From Antedon mediterranea (taxonomy: Eukaryota; Animalia; Echinodermata), in NCBI RefSeq assembly GCF_964355755.1, contig NC_092678.1, forward strand, positions 15,543,881 to 15,607,880: a DNA stretch of 64,000 nucleotides. Reading direction: 5' to 3'. Position 1 is the first letter of the stretch. Every line of letters starts with the position of its first letter. Positions 22,060-35,000 of the stretch are shown in pieces. The notes under the pieces were generated by a model. The model had not been told where the DNA came from. It was given only the letters and a program-made list of their open reading frames with translations, and made no database searches. The translations under genes and the position numbers were made by a program.

Positions 22060-24500
22060 CTAGGGCCTCTTAGGCCTAGGCTAGTAGTAGTACTAGTTAG
22101 TAGTAGGGGGAATCTGACCTAGCCTAGCTAGGCCTAGCCCTATGTATTATACTCTAGCCTAGGCTAGGTCTAGGCCTGGCAGACCTTTAAGTCTTATTAT
22201 ATGTCCAGGCCCAGCCAGCCTAGAAGGTCTAGGCCTAGGCTTAGTGTAAAATCAGGATAGGACAGGATAAAAATCTAGCCAAGCTAGGCCTGACCCAGTC
22301 TCATGACAGAAATTATGCATCTAGCTAGGACCAAGAGGAGGAGGCAGGGACGGCCTAATAATAGTAGACTAGGCTAGGCCTAGCCCACACCCAGCTAGGC
22401 CAACACTAGTCTAGGCCTAGAGTTACTTAGCTAGTACTACTAGTAGTAGAAGTATGGGCCCTAATAATGGAATACAGATCAACCCGTACACATACCAACT
22501 CGTATCCAAATGTTGGCTCACTCGTACCCAACATTTTTTGGCTTACCCCTACTACCATCATGTAGATAATACAATCATATAGGTCCAGAGCCAACGGACT
22601 AGCCTAGGCCTACTGCTATGCAAAATCTAGCTACAGGCCTACAGTACCTAGTCTACTTTCTACTCCTGATTATTGATAGTCTGATTTAATGGTACTGAGC
22701 TATTAATTATACTAAAAGCCTAATAGAGGGTACTGTAGTAAGGTACAGTGGTATGTCAAACTTTGGTACATACAGAGGCATAGGTAGCCTTGGTTGGTTG
22801 TCCTCGGTAGGCTTTTGTTTTTCTTTTGACAATCTAATAAGGGACTGGGGAGGGAGAAGGAATGAGTTAATCAGACTTAAATGTTTTAGATATAAACCGA
22901 GAGTAATATGCAAAGTATTTATAAATGACAATTCCACTACGATTCGACTGTAGTACAGCATTCATGTTGTACAGTAGTTCACATTATGAAACTAGAGTTC
23001 TTCATTTTGTATTTAATAGTTATATAATTTATGTTGATTTAATGAATTTAGACATTTTGGGTCAAATCATTACAGACACTTCAGCACCTGACTCATCTAG
23101 TGGCAGACATACTCAAAATACTGCTTGATATTTTGCGAGGTATTGGTCATCGTTTAGAAATAAAAGTACCATGCAAACCCACTTTGGTCAGGTCATACAG
23201 GGCGTCCCAGGTATTGTATGTGTTTAAATAAATGATCCTTTAAAAATCATGTAATAAAAAAGGTAATTTTTTTTATATATATTTAAAACATCAGTTGGTT
23301 CAATGTTTCCTGTCAAGGTTAGGCCATTGGAGAAGATTTTGAAAATAAATTGGCCCAGAGTATAAAAAAAACTGCTTGATACTCAATTGGATTTGTCTAT
23401 GAGCCTGTTGGTTCTGTCTATCTCAAAGTAATATATCCTCTAATAAAATAAGAATCAACCAAATTACACTATAGTTTTAATTAAATACAAAAATTATTAA
23501 TTTTTAAAAATATTTTTATTATGCTATAAGTTGATTTTCCCGATTACACTATAGTTTAAATTAAATACAAAAATGTTTAATTACTTATTTATACCCTTAT
23601 ATGGCTGGTATTGTTTTGATTTATTGTAACACACTGCCGTACATGATTTTGTACTAATGAATGAAAAATGAAAATTTTCATAATACTGTAGTTAATAATC
23701 ATGTAACCTTGCAAACTTGACTATTACATTTGTTTTTTTAGGTTGAAAAAATATTTGTTCCATATTTGATCCTGTTGAACGAGCTTTGCGATGAAGATCC
23801 ACAATTGTGAGAAGAACCTACAATGTAACTGTTCCAAATCAACTATGGTATGTATGCATCTCCATGGGTTTTACTATGATATTACTTAACTCAGTACTTG
23901 TATGCAAATGTAAGGCATTATTCAGGGCGTTTATATATGGTTTATATAAAACGATCTGTTTAATTAATGATATCTACAAACAAAACTGTAACTACCCATA
24001 TTAAGCTTGTTGAAACCTAATCAACTTTCATTAGTTTACTTAAATGTTAGATATTTCTAGATATTTTTAGATTTAAGACTTTTGTCTGCATAAATAAAAG
24101 CATTTATATAAAGTCATACAGACAGACATACATATATTTTATTTGACCTTTTGGTAATAAATAGACATTTTGTATGTTATGCGATTTTACCTTTTTTTTT
24201 TTTTGTGCAAAATAATTAGTACCTGTACAGTTACACATTTTTTACTAAAATGAATTTTGTTAATGATAAACTAACTGTGCGCAATGGTTTGAAAGCCAAT
24301 GCACCTTGGCAAAATGTAATTTATCTTTTCTGTTTTTTACAGGCACATAGATTCCAACCACAAACTTATCTCATGGAGGTTTGTCTTTCATGGATGTATT
24401 GATGGGGAAACAAGATGTGTAATTTATTTAAAAGTTGCATCAAACAACACGGCAGGACAAATTTTAAAGTATTTTGAAAAAGGTTGCACAGACTTTAGTA
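21849..24500 (+). pseudogene. Decayed inverted copy of transposase exons 1, 2, 4 and the start of exon 5
   Basis: Exon-1 relic ATGGCGTCTACTGAAGGAATC; exon-2 relic 23076-23210; exon 3 missing; exon-4 relic 23742-23848 with a deletion and TGA; exon-5 relic [51 protein letters not shown] ends ~24497. Confidence 0.88.
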
Positions 24501-26099
24501 CTTTTTGTATTTTTAAGAAATCTATTCTTCGTACTTTTAGATGTTGTATTTTTTTATTTTGAAATATATATAAATATACTGTATTTTAAATTTAAGAGGT
24601 TGTGTCAAAATGCTTATTAATATTATAATCTTATTTATAATACTAAATTTTGATGTTTTAATATATAAGTGTATAAACAATTTTTAAAACTGTATCCATA
24701 CTTTTATATATCTATGTATCTATGTCACTTTTTGTCTGTCTTGATGTATTTATGTAAAGCGCCTTTACATAAATTAAATAAAATAAAATATAAATAAAGT
24801 AAAGTATAAAAGTAGGCCCAACGTCAGCCATAGACTTGTTTACCTGTTTATTTCCGAGTTGTTAGAAATATTTTTTTATTTAAAAAAGGCGGAAATGTGG
24901 CATGACAAATTTCAGAAAAGTGGGCTAGGTACAAAATAATAGTATAACTAGGCCCAGATATTTTGATATATAATTTACAGTATTTTATAGTAATATGAAT
25001 AAGCTGTTGTTGAAAAATAAATATATATATTTAATAGCATGATTTCCAACTTTATTAGATATTGAATGTTACACTAATGGCCCAGTTGATTATTATATTC
25101 TTGTGAAATATGCACCAACATGCATTTAAGATATATTGCCCTCCTTAACATTTTTTAATTGTTTTCACATATGCCATTTTAATGTTATATATTATTCACT
25201 TTGACGAATAATTGGATCAAGAAGAAAAAAAATTTCCTTGAAAAAACTGTAACAAAATTGACCAAAACAACAAATATTAAGTGTATATTCATACTTGAAA
25301 ATTTATTGTAAGAATGGAACAAATGTATGAAAAAAAAAAGTATTTCTTGTAAAATAAAAGACAGAATATGTCATATAATTATAAATAAAAATATTTTAAT
25401 GATGTGGAATCATCAGTGACTAGGTCTCAATGAAATACAAATAAAATAAGCAAAAAGCTTAAAATTAAAATTAATTTATGTTCTAAAAAACTGTTTTTTT
25501 TCAGGTAGGCCTAGATAATTTTTTTTTCACTTCTTTTTTTCGTCTGTACCTTTTATATTTGAATAAACTTTGAAATGTAAGTTTTGTAATAATTTAATTC
25601 TCTTAATTCTTAATTGCGTTCAACAACAACAAATACATGAATTACAATTAAAAATTATTTAAATTTAAAGATAAGAGTATTCAGTAGTCATTCTTGTAGT
25701 ATTCAGTTGTCATTCTTGTAGTATTCGTCTTTTGCCGCATATTGAAAGAAATGTAACTACTGACAATTTGTTCTATTGCATTCATAAACATTTTGTATAA
25801 TATTGAAGTTTGTGGGGGAGGGGCATGTCACAATAGCTAATATATTGACAGTACAGAAGATACTGCTAGTGAAAAAGGTCAACATTTTTTAGGGGGAGGG
25901 GAATTGGTTAGGGGGTCCATGGCCCCAGCAGCATTGCGCCCGGTATTTGTTCAGAGTCTTGTGTTAATGATCTCTGATAAAAAAAAAATTGCAGCATTTT
26001 TTTTATCTGCCCGATACCCAACACCTATATCAGATGACACATTCCCTAACACAGGCAGACTAGCACTGGCAGTGATACAATTACAGGAGTATCCTAAAC

Positions 26100-29000
26100 A
26101 TGTCTCAGCAAAATGAATTAACCAGGTTATTCAGCATTTTAAATCGCCAAAGAGAGATAGAAGATATATTTGGCCAATCTTCAAGGTATCTATATTTGAA
26201 TATTTGTTTTCAACAATATATTTTATGAGCATTTGCCTAGGTCATGTTCATAGGCCTATGACTAGCCCATAGGCTATATATTCACCTCCCTGCCCTAACT
26301 AAGTTTAGCTAATTCCAGCATGGTCCTACTGCAAATTTGGGACTGTACAAACAATCCATAAAAATCCAAAACGGCCTGAAGAGACCAAAACGCCCCTGAA
26401 ATCTACAACAAAGACGAATGGGCATGTGAATTATAAAATCTCTCAACAAAAAGATTATATGGAATTATAATTTGTATTATTAGGATTTTCAAGAATCATG
26501 CTTATGAGCTATGTAGGCCTATGGTGCGCATCAAATGTCAAAAGTGGCATTTCTTTGGGTTAAATGGATTTGATTAATTTTTTTTTTTTTTGTGGATTAA
26601 TTTGGTTAATTGTGACATTTCATTTATTTATGTAAACATAACATAATTAAAAAATTTATTTTAAAATAATATTTATCTAATGATGAAATTCTTTAAAATG
26701 TCAATTGGTTTAGGCACCAAAAATCCCTGTGGTAAAATATAGTATGATTAAATGTGGTAAATTATTTGTGCAAAATAAGAATTTACAGTGGTTTTATACA
26801 GTGTTAAATAATAGTTATTCAAGAAGCATTTTAAATTTTGATGGTCTTGCATTTATTTATTCTTATACTTTTTCCACAGGCCAACTACTGCAACTGTGGC
26901 TTCTACTACTTCCAACCCTTCTTCTTCTGCCCCTTCTACTTCCAACTATTTTACATCTGCCCCTTCTACTTCAAACCCTTCTACATCCACTGTGACTGCA
27001 CCGGTTGTACCAAGATATCAATTTCAGGCAAACTTTAGACCTTCCAACACAAACAGAAGAAGAAAAAGAAATAGAAATGATGTGTAAGTGGTTTTTGAAC
27101 AATTTATTCAATGTTGATAATGTCAGAATTAATCGTACCTTTCTCATTTTTAAAGATGTACCTCCCAAACATTAACATTAAGTTAACCAAAAAAAAAGAA
27201 CATACCAAACAATGTTTTATAATGAATAAATTTACTTATAGTGGAACAAAATCCTTTTATTTATCATAAAGCAAGGGTAGTAGTGGACCATACTTCAGGG
27301 AAGTTGTCCTTGTTTCCGGGCCAGAAGTCAACACAGTGCCAAGACATGGTTCAAAACTGTTTCTCGCTCAGCATGGACATGTCAAAACAGGAGTGCGTTT
27401 TATGAAAGAGTGGGATGATCAACAGATTGTATCTAAACTCAAAGACCTTTTTCCAAGCCTTGGTGATGTTAAGTGAGCTACTTTACAAAATTTTAATTGA
27501 AAAAGTATTTACACTTATTGATTAGTTTATTGCATTAAAAATGGTTTATTTGTGTTTGGTAATTGTTTAATTGTTTCACTATTATTGATTCAGATTCGAA
27601 ATACTCTACAGCATAGGGCAGACTTTGGTAAAACCCCAACTTGAAAATGGACAGAAGATATCAGGATTCATTCTTTCCAAAATGATCAAGTACACTAAAC
27701 CTGTATATCTACGACCTGAGCGGGTACTAATTGAAGGGATGGAACAAGTGGTATGAATCTTAAAATATTGTCTTAAGATATCAGGCCTTAAGTTTTTTGT
27801 TTTTTTTTAATATGTTTTGGCAAAATAATGTTTTTATTTACAGATTGAAAGAGCAAAAAAGAGGTTGCCATCTCCACCGATGTTATCGGATGATGATATG
27901 GATTTCATGCCTTCAGAAAATATTTTTCCATCAACACGTATGTAAATCATAACAATTAACATAGAATTACAACTATTATGTATTATGTTTATCACATTTC
28001 CAATACTACGGACTAGAAAAATGTGGCATTGTCCACTTAATGAAAACAAAATTAGGATGGGGTGGCTTATTTTTATTTATTTTATTGGTGTTAAACATCA
28101 TTTTAAAAATTATGTAGTATTTATATAAAAATATTGTTTATTAAAGCATTAAAAAATCAGTCAGAATGTTGCTTTCTACTAAATTGATATATTAAACCTT
28201 TATGATCTTTTTATATTTTGTCACTATTTTAGTTGCTACTTCACTGTCGACTGTTACATCTACACCAGCCTCAACAGATTGCGCAGTTACATTATCATCA
28301 ACCGCACAATTGTTACCTACACTGCCATCTGTAACTACCATACCATCATCAACACCTTCTTCAAGTGCAGGAGTTCCATTTTGCTCTTCAGCTCCAACAA
28401 CTTTCAGAGTGTATGACAGGTTAGTATTGGATTTTAGATTTATGAATTGTATGTACCTGTTATTGTTCGTTGTTCAGATGAATGCCAGCACCATATGCAT
28501 ATAACCACAACCCTTGTTTTCATTCAATTCTTATTTTAGTTTATTTGTTGAAGACACCGACTTTATCCAGTGTGTAATTAGTGATGATGATGATGATGTA
28601 GAAGATGCTAATGTCTTGTAAGTATTTTTTTTAAACGTTTTTAAGATAGCTGTACAAACAAGATAAGAATTACAGTTGTTTATCTCATTACATTTAGGCA
28701 AGATGATACATTGCTGAGCGACATTCTGGTAGAATTGTCAGGGAAAATAGACTACAAACTTCCACGGAATCTGTTCAATATCTGGAGAGGAAATGTGTGG
28801 GAAGGAGCGAAAATTGGATTTAACCGAAAAAGGTTCAACCCTTGTGCCCAGTTAGATGTGGTGTTTGCAGACAGCACATTGAATGTCGAATTTAGTGCGG
28901 AAGGGGCTGTGGACCTTGGAGGTCCCACAAGAGAATTTTTGACGCTTTGTATGAAAAGCATGCAGGAAGGACGTTGTTTCATCGGAGATGAAAAACTTCT

Positions 29001-30675
29001 TACTAGAGATGCTGAAGGTGTGTTGCAATAATATACATCATATAGAATCCTCCTCTTCTATATCATATAGATGGAGTCAAAAACATACACTAATGCTATT
29101 AGAGAAAACAGCGTCATTGTTTTGTAAGATTTTTTGTGTCAATGAAACCGTTTTTACACTTGAATTCTAATAACAGCCACTGAATTTAATTGGTTTTTAC
29201 TGATATTTTTTTTTTCGCAGCCATAGCAGCACAAGATTATTTGTTATGTGGAAGAATAATCGCCACCTCACTGGTTCATGGTGGACCAGGTCCACATTTC
29301 ATAGCTCCGATTTTATTTGAAGCGATTGTCAATGGGCCAGAAAAGGTGCATGTACCTTTAGAAGCACTGCCACCAAGTGAAGTGAAGGAATCACTGCTTC
29401 AGGTACAAACTAACATCTGCCTCATTCAATATGGAAAATGTGTCAAAGGATTCTTTTTAGTGCAAAATGAAATGTATGAAAAGTTAATTGGCATTTTATC
29501 TTAGGTTTTTTTTAGATATCTTACCTTTTCCCAATCCATTCCACTTATTTTGTGTTTGTGTACAAGGGCTGCAGGTTGTTAAACATTGAATTTTGTCTTT
29601 GATTTAAAGCTAAAAAATCTAACAGTAGTGCAATTTATTGAAGCATTGGATATGCCAACGCACAGTGCTTTGGCTACTACCATCGACAATGCCGGTAGTA
29701 TGGTCAACGTAAAATCTGTCGAGGACATAGAAACTGTGGTACAGAGAACAGCACAATACTTTCTCTTTGGAAGGACAGCTGATTGCTTAGATCAGTAAGT
29801 ACTGCATTACAGTATTTGTTAACTGGACAAATTTAACCAGCCCCTCACAGTTACAGAAAGTACAACTAAATAAAACAAATACAAAACGATACCAAAGAAA
29901 ACAAGGCAATTTTTGTTTTAAATTAAGTTACTATTTTGCAGGTTCAAATCAGGTCTATCCACACTTGGTGTTTTAGAAGCTATGCGACAACACCCTACAG
30001 CCTTCAAACAAGCATTTTTAAGAGAAGAAGCAACAATTGATTTGAGGTTGATGAACAAACTGTTCAAGACAAAGATATCAGAAGATGATGACAAAAAAAG
30101 TACTGAAATGCGTGTCCTCAACCAGTGGAGGCAATTTCTCCAACAAATTGATGGTAATGAATGACAATTTTTAGCTAGATTACTATAGTACATAAACATT
30201 TAGCTCAGCATTAGACCAGACCAGATAATTTGTTTTATAACAGGAAGACAATAACTGTATATTCCCACACTTTTTCTAAAATTGTGTGCAACAATAAAAA
30301 TAGAGATGTGTACACACACATTTTGACAGCCTACTTTTCTAAGTTGAATACTTTCATATTATTTATTGTCATACCTGTAGTTACTATAGTTCTTGTTTAT
30401 GCTATTAACAAAACATTTCTAATATAGATGATGAATGCACAACATCATTCCAAGACATTTTGATGTTCGCAACAGGACTGCGGACCCTCCCTCCTATGGG
30501 ATTTCAACCTGGCAAGCCAGAAATTCATTTCTTACATGGAGATGCCAGCAAGTGGCCAAAGGCAAATACCTGTAGCTCTGTGCTACTGCTACCCGTAGTG
30601 CACAGCTCATTTGCACCATTCAAAGAGGCCATGTCTTTTGGCATTGGTAATGCCCAAGGCTTTGGTTTTGCCTAA
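26100..30675 (+). CDS. HECT-domain E3 ubiquitin ligase (G2E3-like HECT), 12 exons, ~717 aa, inside the transposon
   Basis: GT-AG exons 26100-26185, 26880-27083, 27272-27472, 27594-27750, 27844-27937, 28233-28419, 28540-28617, 28698-29017, 29221-29402, 29610-29794, 29942-30153, 30428-30675 join in frame (2154 nt); motifs EGAVDLGGPTREF, GRIIATSLVHGGPGP, QFKSGLSTLGV, LMFATG..PPMGF, PKANTC (catalytic Cys), terminal GFGFA*; first exon and start are least certain. Confidence 0.85.
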
Positions 30676-31223
30676 AGTTGGTTGGTTGGTTTTTTTTTCG
30701 TTTTGATTTCTGTTACAAAATATTTGATTTATGTACAATTAACCAGATATTATATTTCAAATTCATGCCTGTACCTCTGCTTTAAAACCTAGATTTGTGA
30801 TATTGTGTTTTTACTTTTTTTTTAATGAACAATCTTTCTCCTCTATGTCAAGGATGACTGATAGAAATCTTCAGATTGTACTTTATATACATTTATAAAA
30901 ATATTTTTCACAACTTTAGATTTATTTATATATATATGCATATATGCTAGTGTTGCCCGAAAGCTCTGCTAACTTTTCTAGCTGTTTTACTTTATCGTTT
31001 TGATTTAGCTTTTCGGTTTTTTTGTATCTCCTTTGAGATCAAGCCACCCATACCCCCACAGCATTGTCATTTTTTCAGTAATTTGCCTTTGGATTTATAT
31101 ACAGTACATATATAAATCAATGTGTTGCGTAGCACTGTGTAAATTATCGCAAATTAGCTATGCTCGACGCGATTATGAGATCATGTTCCGAATATGAGAA
31201 CTGTTTCTATAATTTACAGTATG

Positions 31224-31263
<40 letters not shown>

Positions 31264-32050
31264 CCAAAGATAAACACATCAGGCAAAGAACATTTATTAT
31301 AAACCGCCCGGTGATATACTGAAATTTAATTATTTAATTTGAAATGATAAAGATGAGGAAATCTATATAAATATAGCCATTCTTAGTAACATAAGTATAA
31401 CAAGGTTTAATTTATTAACACAACTCTAGTATGACAATATCAGTATGACAGCGAAAATCATGGTTTTACAGGCAGCATTGTTTAAATAAGAACTTTTTCC
31501 ATGACATCATGCAAAGGGGTGACACATATATTCAGACTTTACTGTGTATATACATTTGTAAAAATATGTTCTGCAACTTTTAGATAATATATAAATATAT
31601 AGCCATTTTAAGTAACAAAGTTTAGTTTTTTAATTATAAATGACTAGTTTTACAGGCAGCCTTGTTTAAATGCAGTAGAGTAGTGCAGCATAATAATAAT
31701 TCCAACCTTCAATTAGCAATTTGTCTATAATGTTCACATATCTTGATTTCTCTAATTAACAATTTAAACTATATACCCTCAATTATCAGTATAAAAACAA
31801 TAAACTAGATTTAAACGAACTTGTCATCATGGCAACAAAAAATACACTAAGTGTATTTAAAATATTTATCATACTGTACTGCAACTGTGTTATTGAAACT
31901 TGTTACACAAATATTGTTATATTGCATTTTCTGTAGATGGATGGTATTCAATTTACTATCAAAGATTAAAGGAAAGGTAATTTTTGCAGTTTGAGACATT
32001 TTGAAGTTTGCTGTGTATTTTATATTATCCATTACAACCACTCCATTAAA

Positions 32051-35000
32051 TTATTCATGTAATCTCAATGTCTCCCTTAATTGAACATAAAGGTCAATAC
32101 CATAGTTACCATCATCATACAATGCATTAAAGTTGTCAAGTTCCTGAATAACTTGCTCATTTGGTTGAAAGGTAATCTGAGGAACACAAACATTATTGTT
32201 AGTTTGAATTTCAGGTACAGGACCATCATAATCAATCCCAAAATTATCAACATCCTCATTAAACAATACATGATAATTATTTTGTAATGTACCTCCAAGC
32301 CACAATGCCAAAGGAGATTGACCATTCATTGTACGCAGTCCATGGTGATTCCACATGGAAATAAATTGATCTAAAGATTGCTGAATCCTGGGTTGGTAAA
32401 CACTATGGAGACAGAATAGATCAAGGTCATCTGTCGAACAAAGCAGGTTATTATATTCTAAAAAACAAAATATATCTTTGTATAACCAGGAAACAACTCT
32501 GTTTGTTTCAGCCCAAAGTCTTTCAATACGCTGATTATGGACGCTACGGCCAGCAATGAAACTACCTCTGTCTCCACCTCTATTATCTACCATAAATCTA
32601 GCTACATCAACATTTTCAGTTCCATGGTCTCCTCTCACTCGTGAAGGTATACCAAAGTCTGTGCAACCTTTTTCAAAATACTGTAATACTTGTGCTGCCG
32701 TGTTGTTTGATGCAACTTTTAAATAAATAACACATCTTGTTGCCCCATCAATACATCCATGAAAAACAAACCTCCATGAGATAAGTTTGTGGTTGGAATC
32801 TATGTGCCTGTAAAAAACCGAAAAGATAAATTACATTTTGCCAAGGTGCATTGGCTTTCAAACCATTGCGCACAGTTTATCATTAACAAAATTCATTTTA
32901 GTAAAAATTGTGTATACTGTACAGGTATACTATTTTTTTGGCCCAAAAAAAAGGTAAAATCGCATAACATACAAAATGTCTATTCATTAGCAAAAGGTCA
33001 AATAAAATGTATGTATGTCTGTCTGTCTGTATAACTTTATATAAATGCTTCTATTTTTATTTATGCAGACAAAAGTCTTAAATCTAAAAATATATAAATA
33101 AATGTGTGCCTCTAACATTTAAGTAAACTAATGAAAGTTGATTAGGTTTCAACAAGCCTAATATAGGTTGTTACAGTTTTGTTTGTAGATATTAATTAAA
33201 CAGATCGTTTTATATAAACCATATATAAACGCCCTGAATAATGCCTTACATTTGCATACAAGTACTGAGTTAAGTAATATCATAGTAAAACCCATGGAGA
33301 TGCATACATACCATAGTTGATTTGGAACAGTTACATTGTAGGTTCTTCTCACAATTGTGGATCTCCATCGCAAAGCTCGTCCAACAGGATCAATAATATT
33401 TAGACGTTCTCTAATACGCGCACGTGGAACAAATATTCTACGACCTAAAAAAACAATTTTAATATAGTCTAGTTTGCAAGGTTACATGATTATTAACTAC
33501 AGTATTATGAAAAAAATGAAAGCGCAAATAATTTCTAGTTTTGTAAGTAGAGTAGGACAATTACGTGTCATCACTATCAACCCTCGCATGCCAAAAGTAT
33601 CGACCTTTTACGAAAAGCAGTACAAAATCATGAACGGCAGTGTGTTATAATAAATCAAAACAAGACCAGTCATATAAGGGTATAAGGTATGAATTTGTCC
33701 TCTAGCTTAACTGAAAAACCGAGGAAATTCAGATTAGGCCCTCCAGGGACCCACCGCAATCAGCAGTGCAATATATAATATAATAATAATACAACTTCAT
33801 GAAGTACATTTTTATGACATAGTTATATAAAATGATACAAAAAAAAAATGAACAACCTCACCTCTAAGCCCACCTATTACATATGTTTCACCAGACTGTG
33901 GTGCCAGATATAAAATATCAACTATATTTTGGTCCAAATCCTCATCAGATATGGTAGTGTAAGGATCATCAGGAATTCCAAGATGACTCCTATGTCTTCG
34001 TAGTGTCTTTGCAGAAACATGAAGACATTTTGCAATGTCCTTCCATTGCATCCCAGCTTCCCGAAGTTGTTCGATTTGGGCTTTGGTTATGTCATACCTG
34101 CACGAATAAAAAAAAAAAAACTTTTATTACATTTGTGGCTACTATTAGGAAAATCAACTTATACTGTAACATAATAAAATTATTAAAAAAAATCAATAAT
34201 TTTTTTATTTAATTAAAACTATAGTGTAATTTGGTTGATTCTTATTTATTACAGGATACATTTCTTTGAGATAGACAGAACCAACAGGCTCATAGACAAA
34301 TCCAATTGAGTATCAAGCATTTTTTTAATAATCTGAGCCCATTTATATCAAAATCTTCGCCAATGGCCTAGTCTCGACAGGAAACATTGAGCCAACTGAT
34401 TAAATGAATATTTAAAAAAAATAAAGCAACCTTCATCCGACTTCTTTTAAAGATGTATTGTCCCTTGAAACACAAAAAATGAAAAAAAAATATTCTAAAT
34501 TGAAATTGGCCATATCAAAGTAATATTAAAGTTATTCACTTTAAGTCGAAAATTCGAGCCAAAAACAACAGTTTACGTAATTAACAGGTAAATTAATTAG
34601 ATTACATTTCGTCTGAGAAATCGTCGCAAGCGAAAGTAAACAAAGATTTCAAACCATGAGTATGCATTATGCATGATGCTAATTAGGATTGTACAACTCA
34701 TCACGGTTGAGAAGGTGTTTTCACACAGATCGCGAGGAAGTTTTATGATTATGCATAAAGAGTAGCCAAACAAGCGCATTGCATTATGGGATATGTTTTG
34801 ATTGGAAACTTTGACTGGAAGTCAAAGTTATTTTTTGAACAAAAAAACATCTGTATTTCGGTTAAATTTTTTTTTTTTGACTATTTTTTGGTGAAAGTTA
34901 ATAACTATTATAATACTTCAAAATGACCCACTTTTTTTCGAAATTAAAAAAAAAAAAACTTTGGGGAATTAGTCAAAGGGACAATACATCTTTAAGGAAA

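Noticed and set aside
28698-30675. Calling the HECT gene the host G2E3 orthologue
   Set aside because: No N-terminal PHD/RING zinc fingers in the spliced model, and it lies inside TIRs with a TSD
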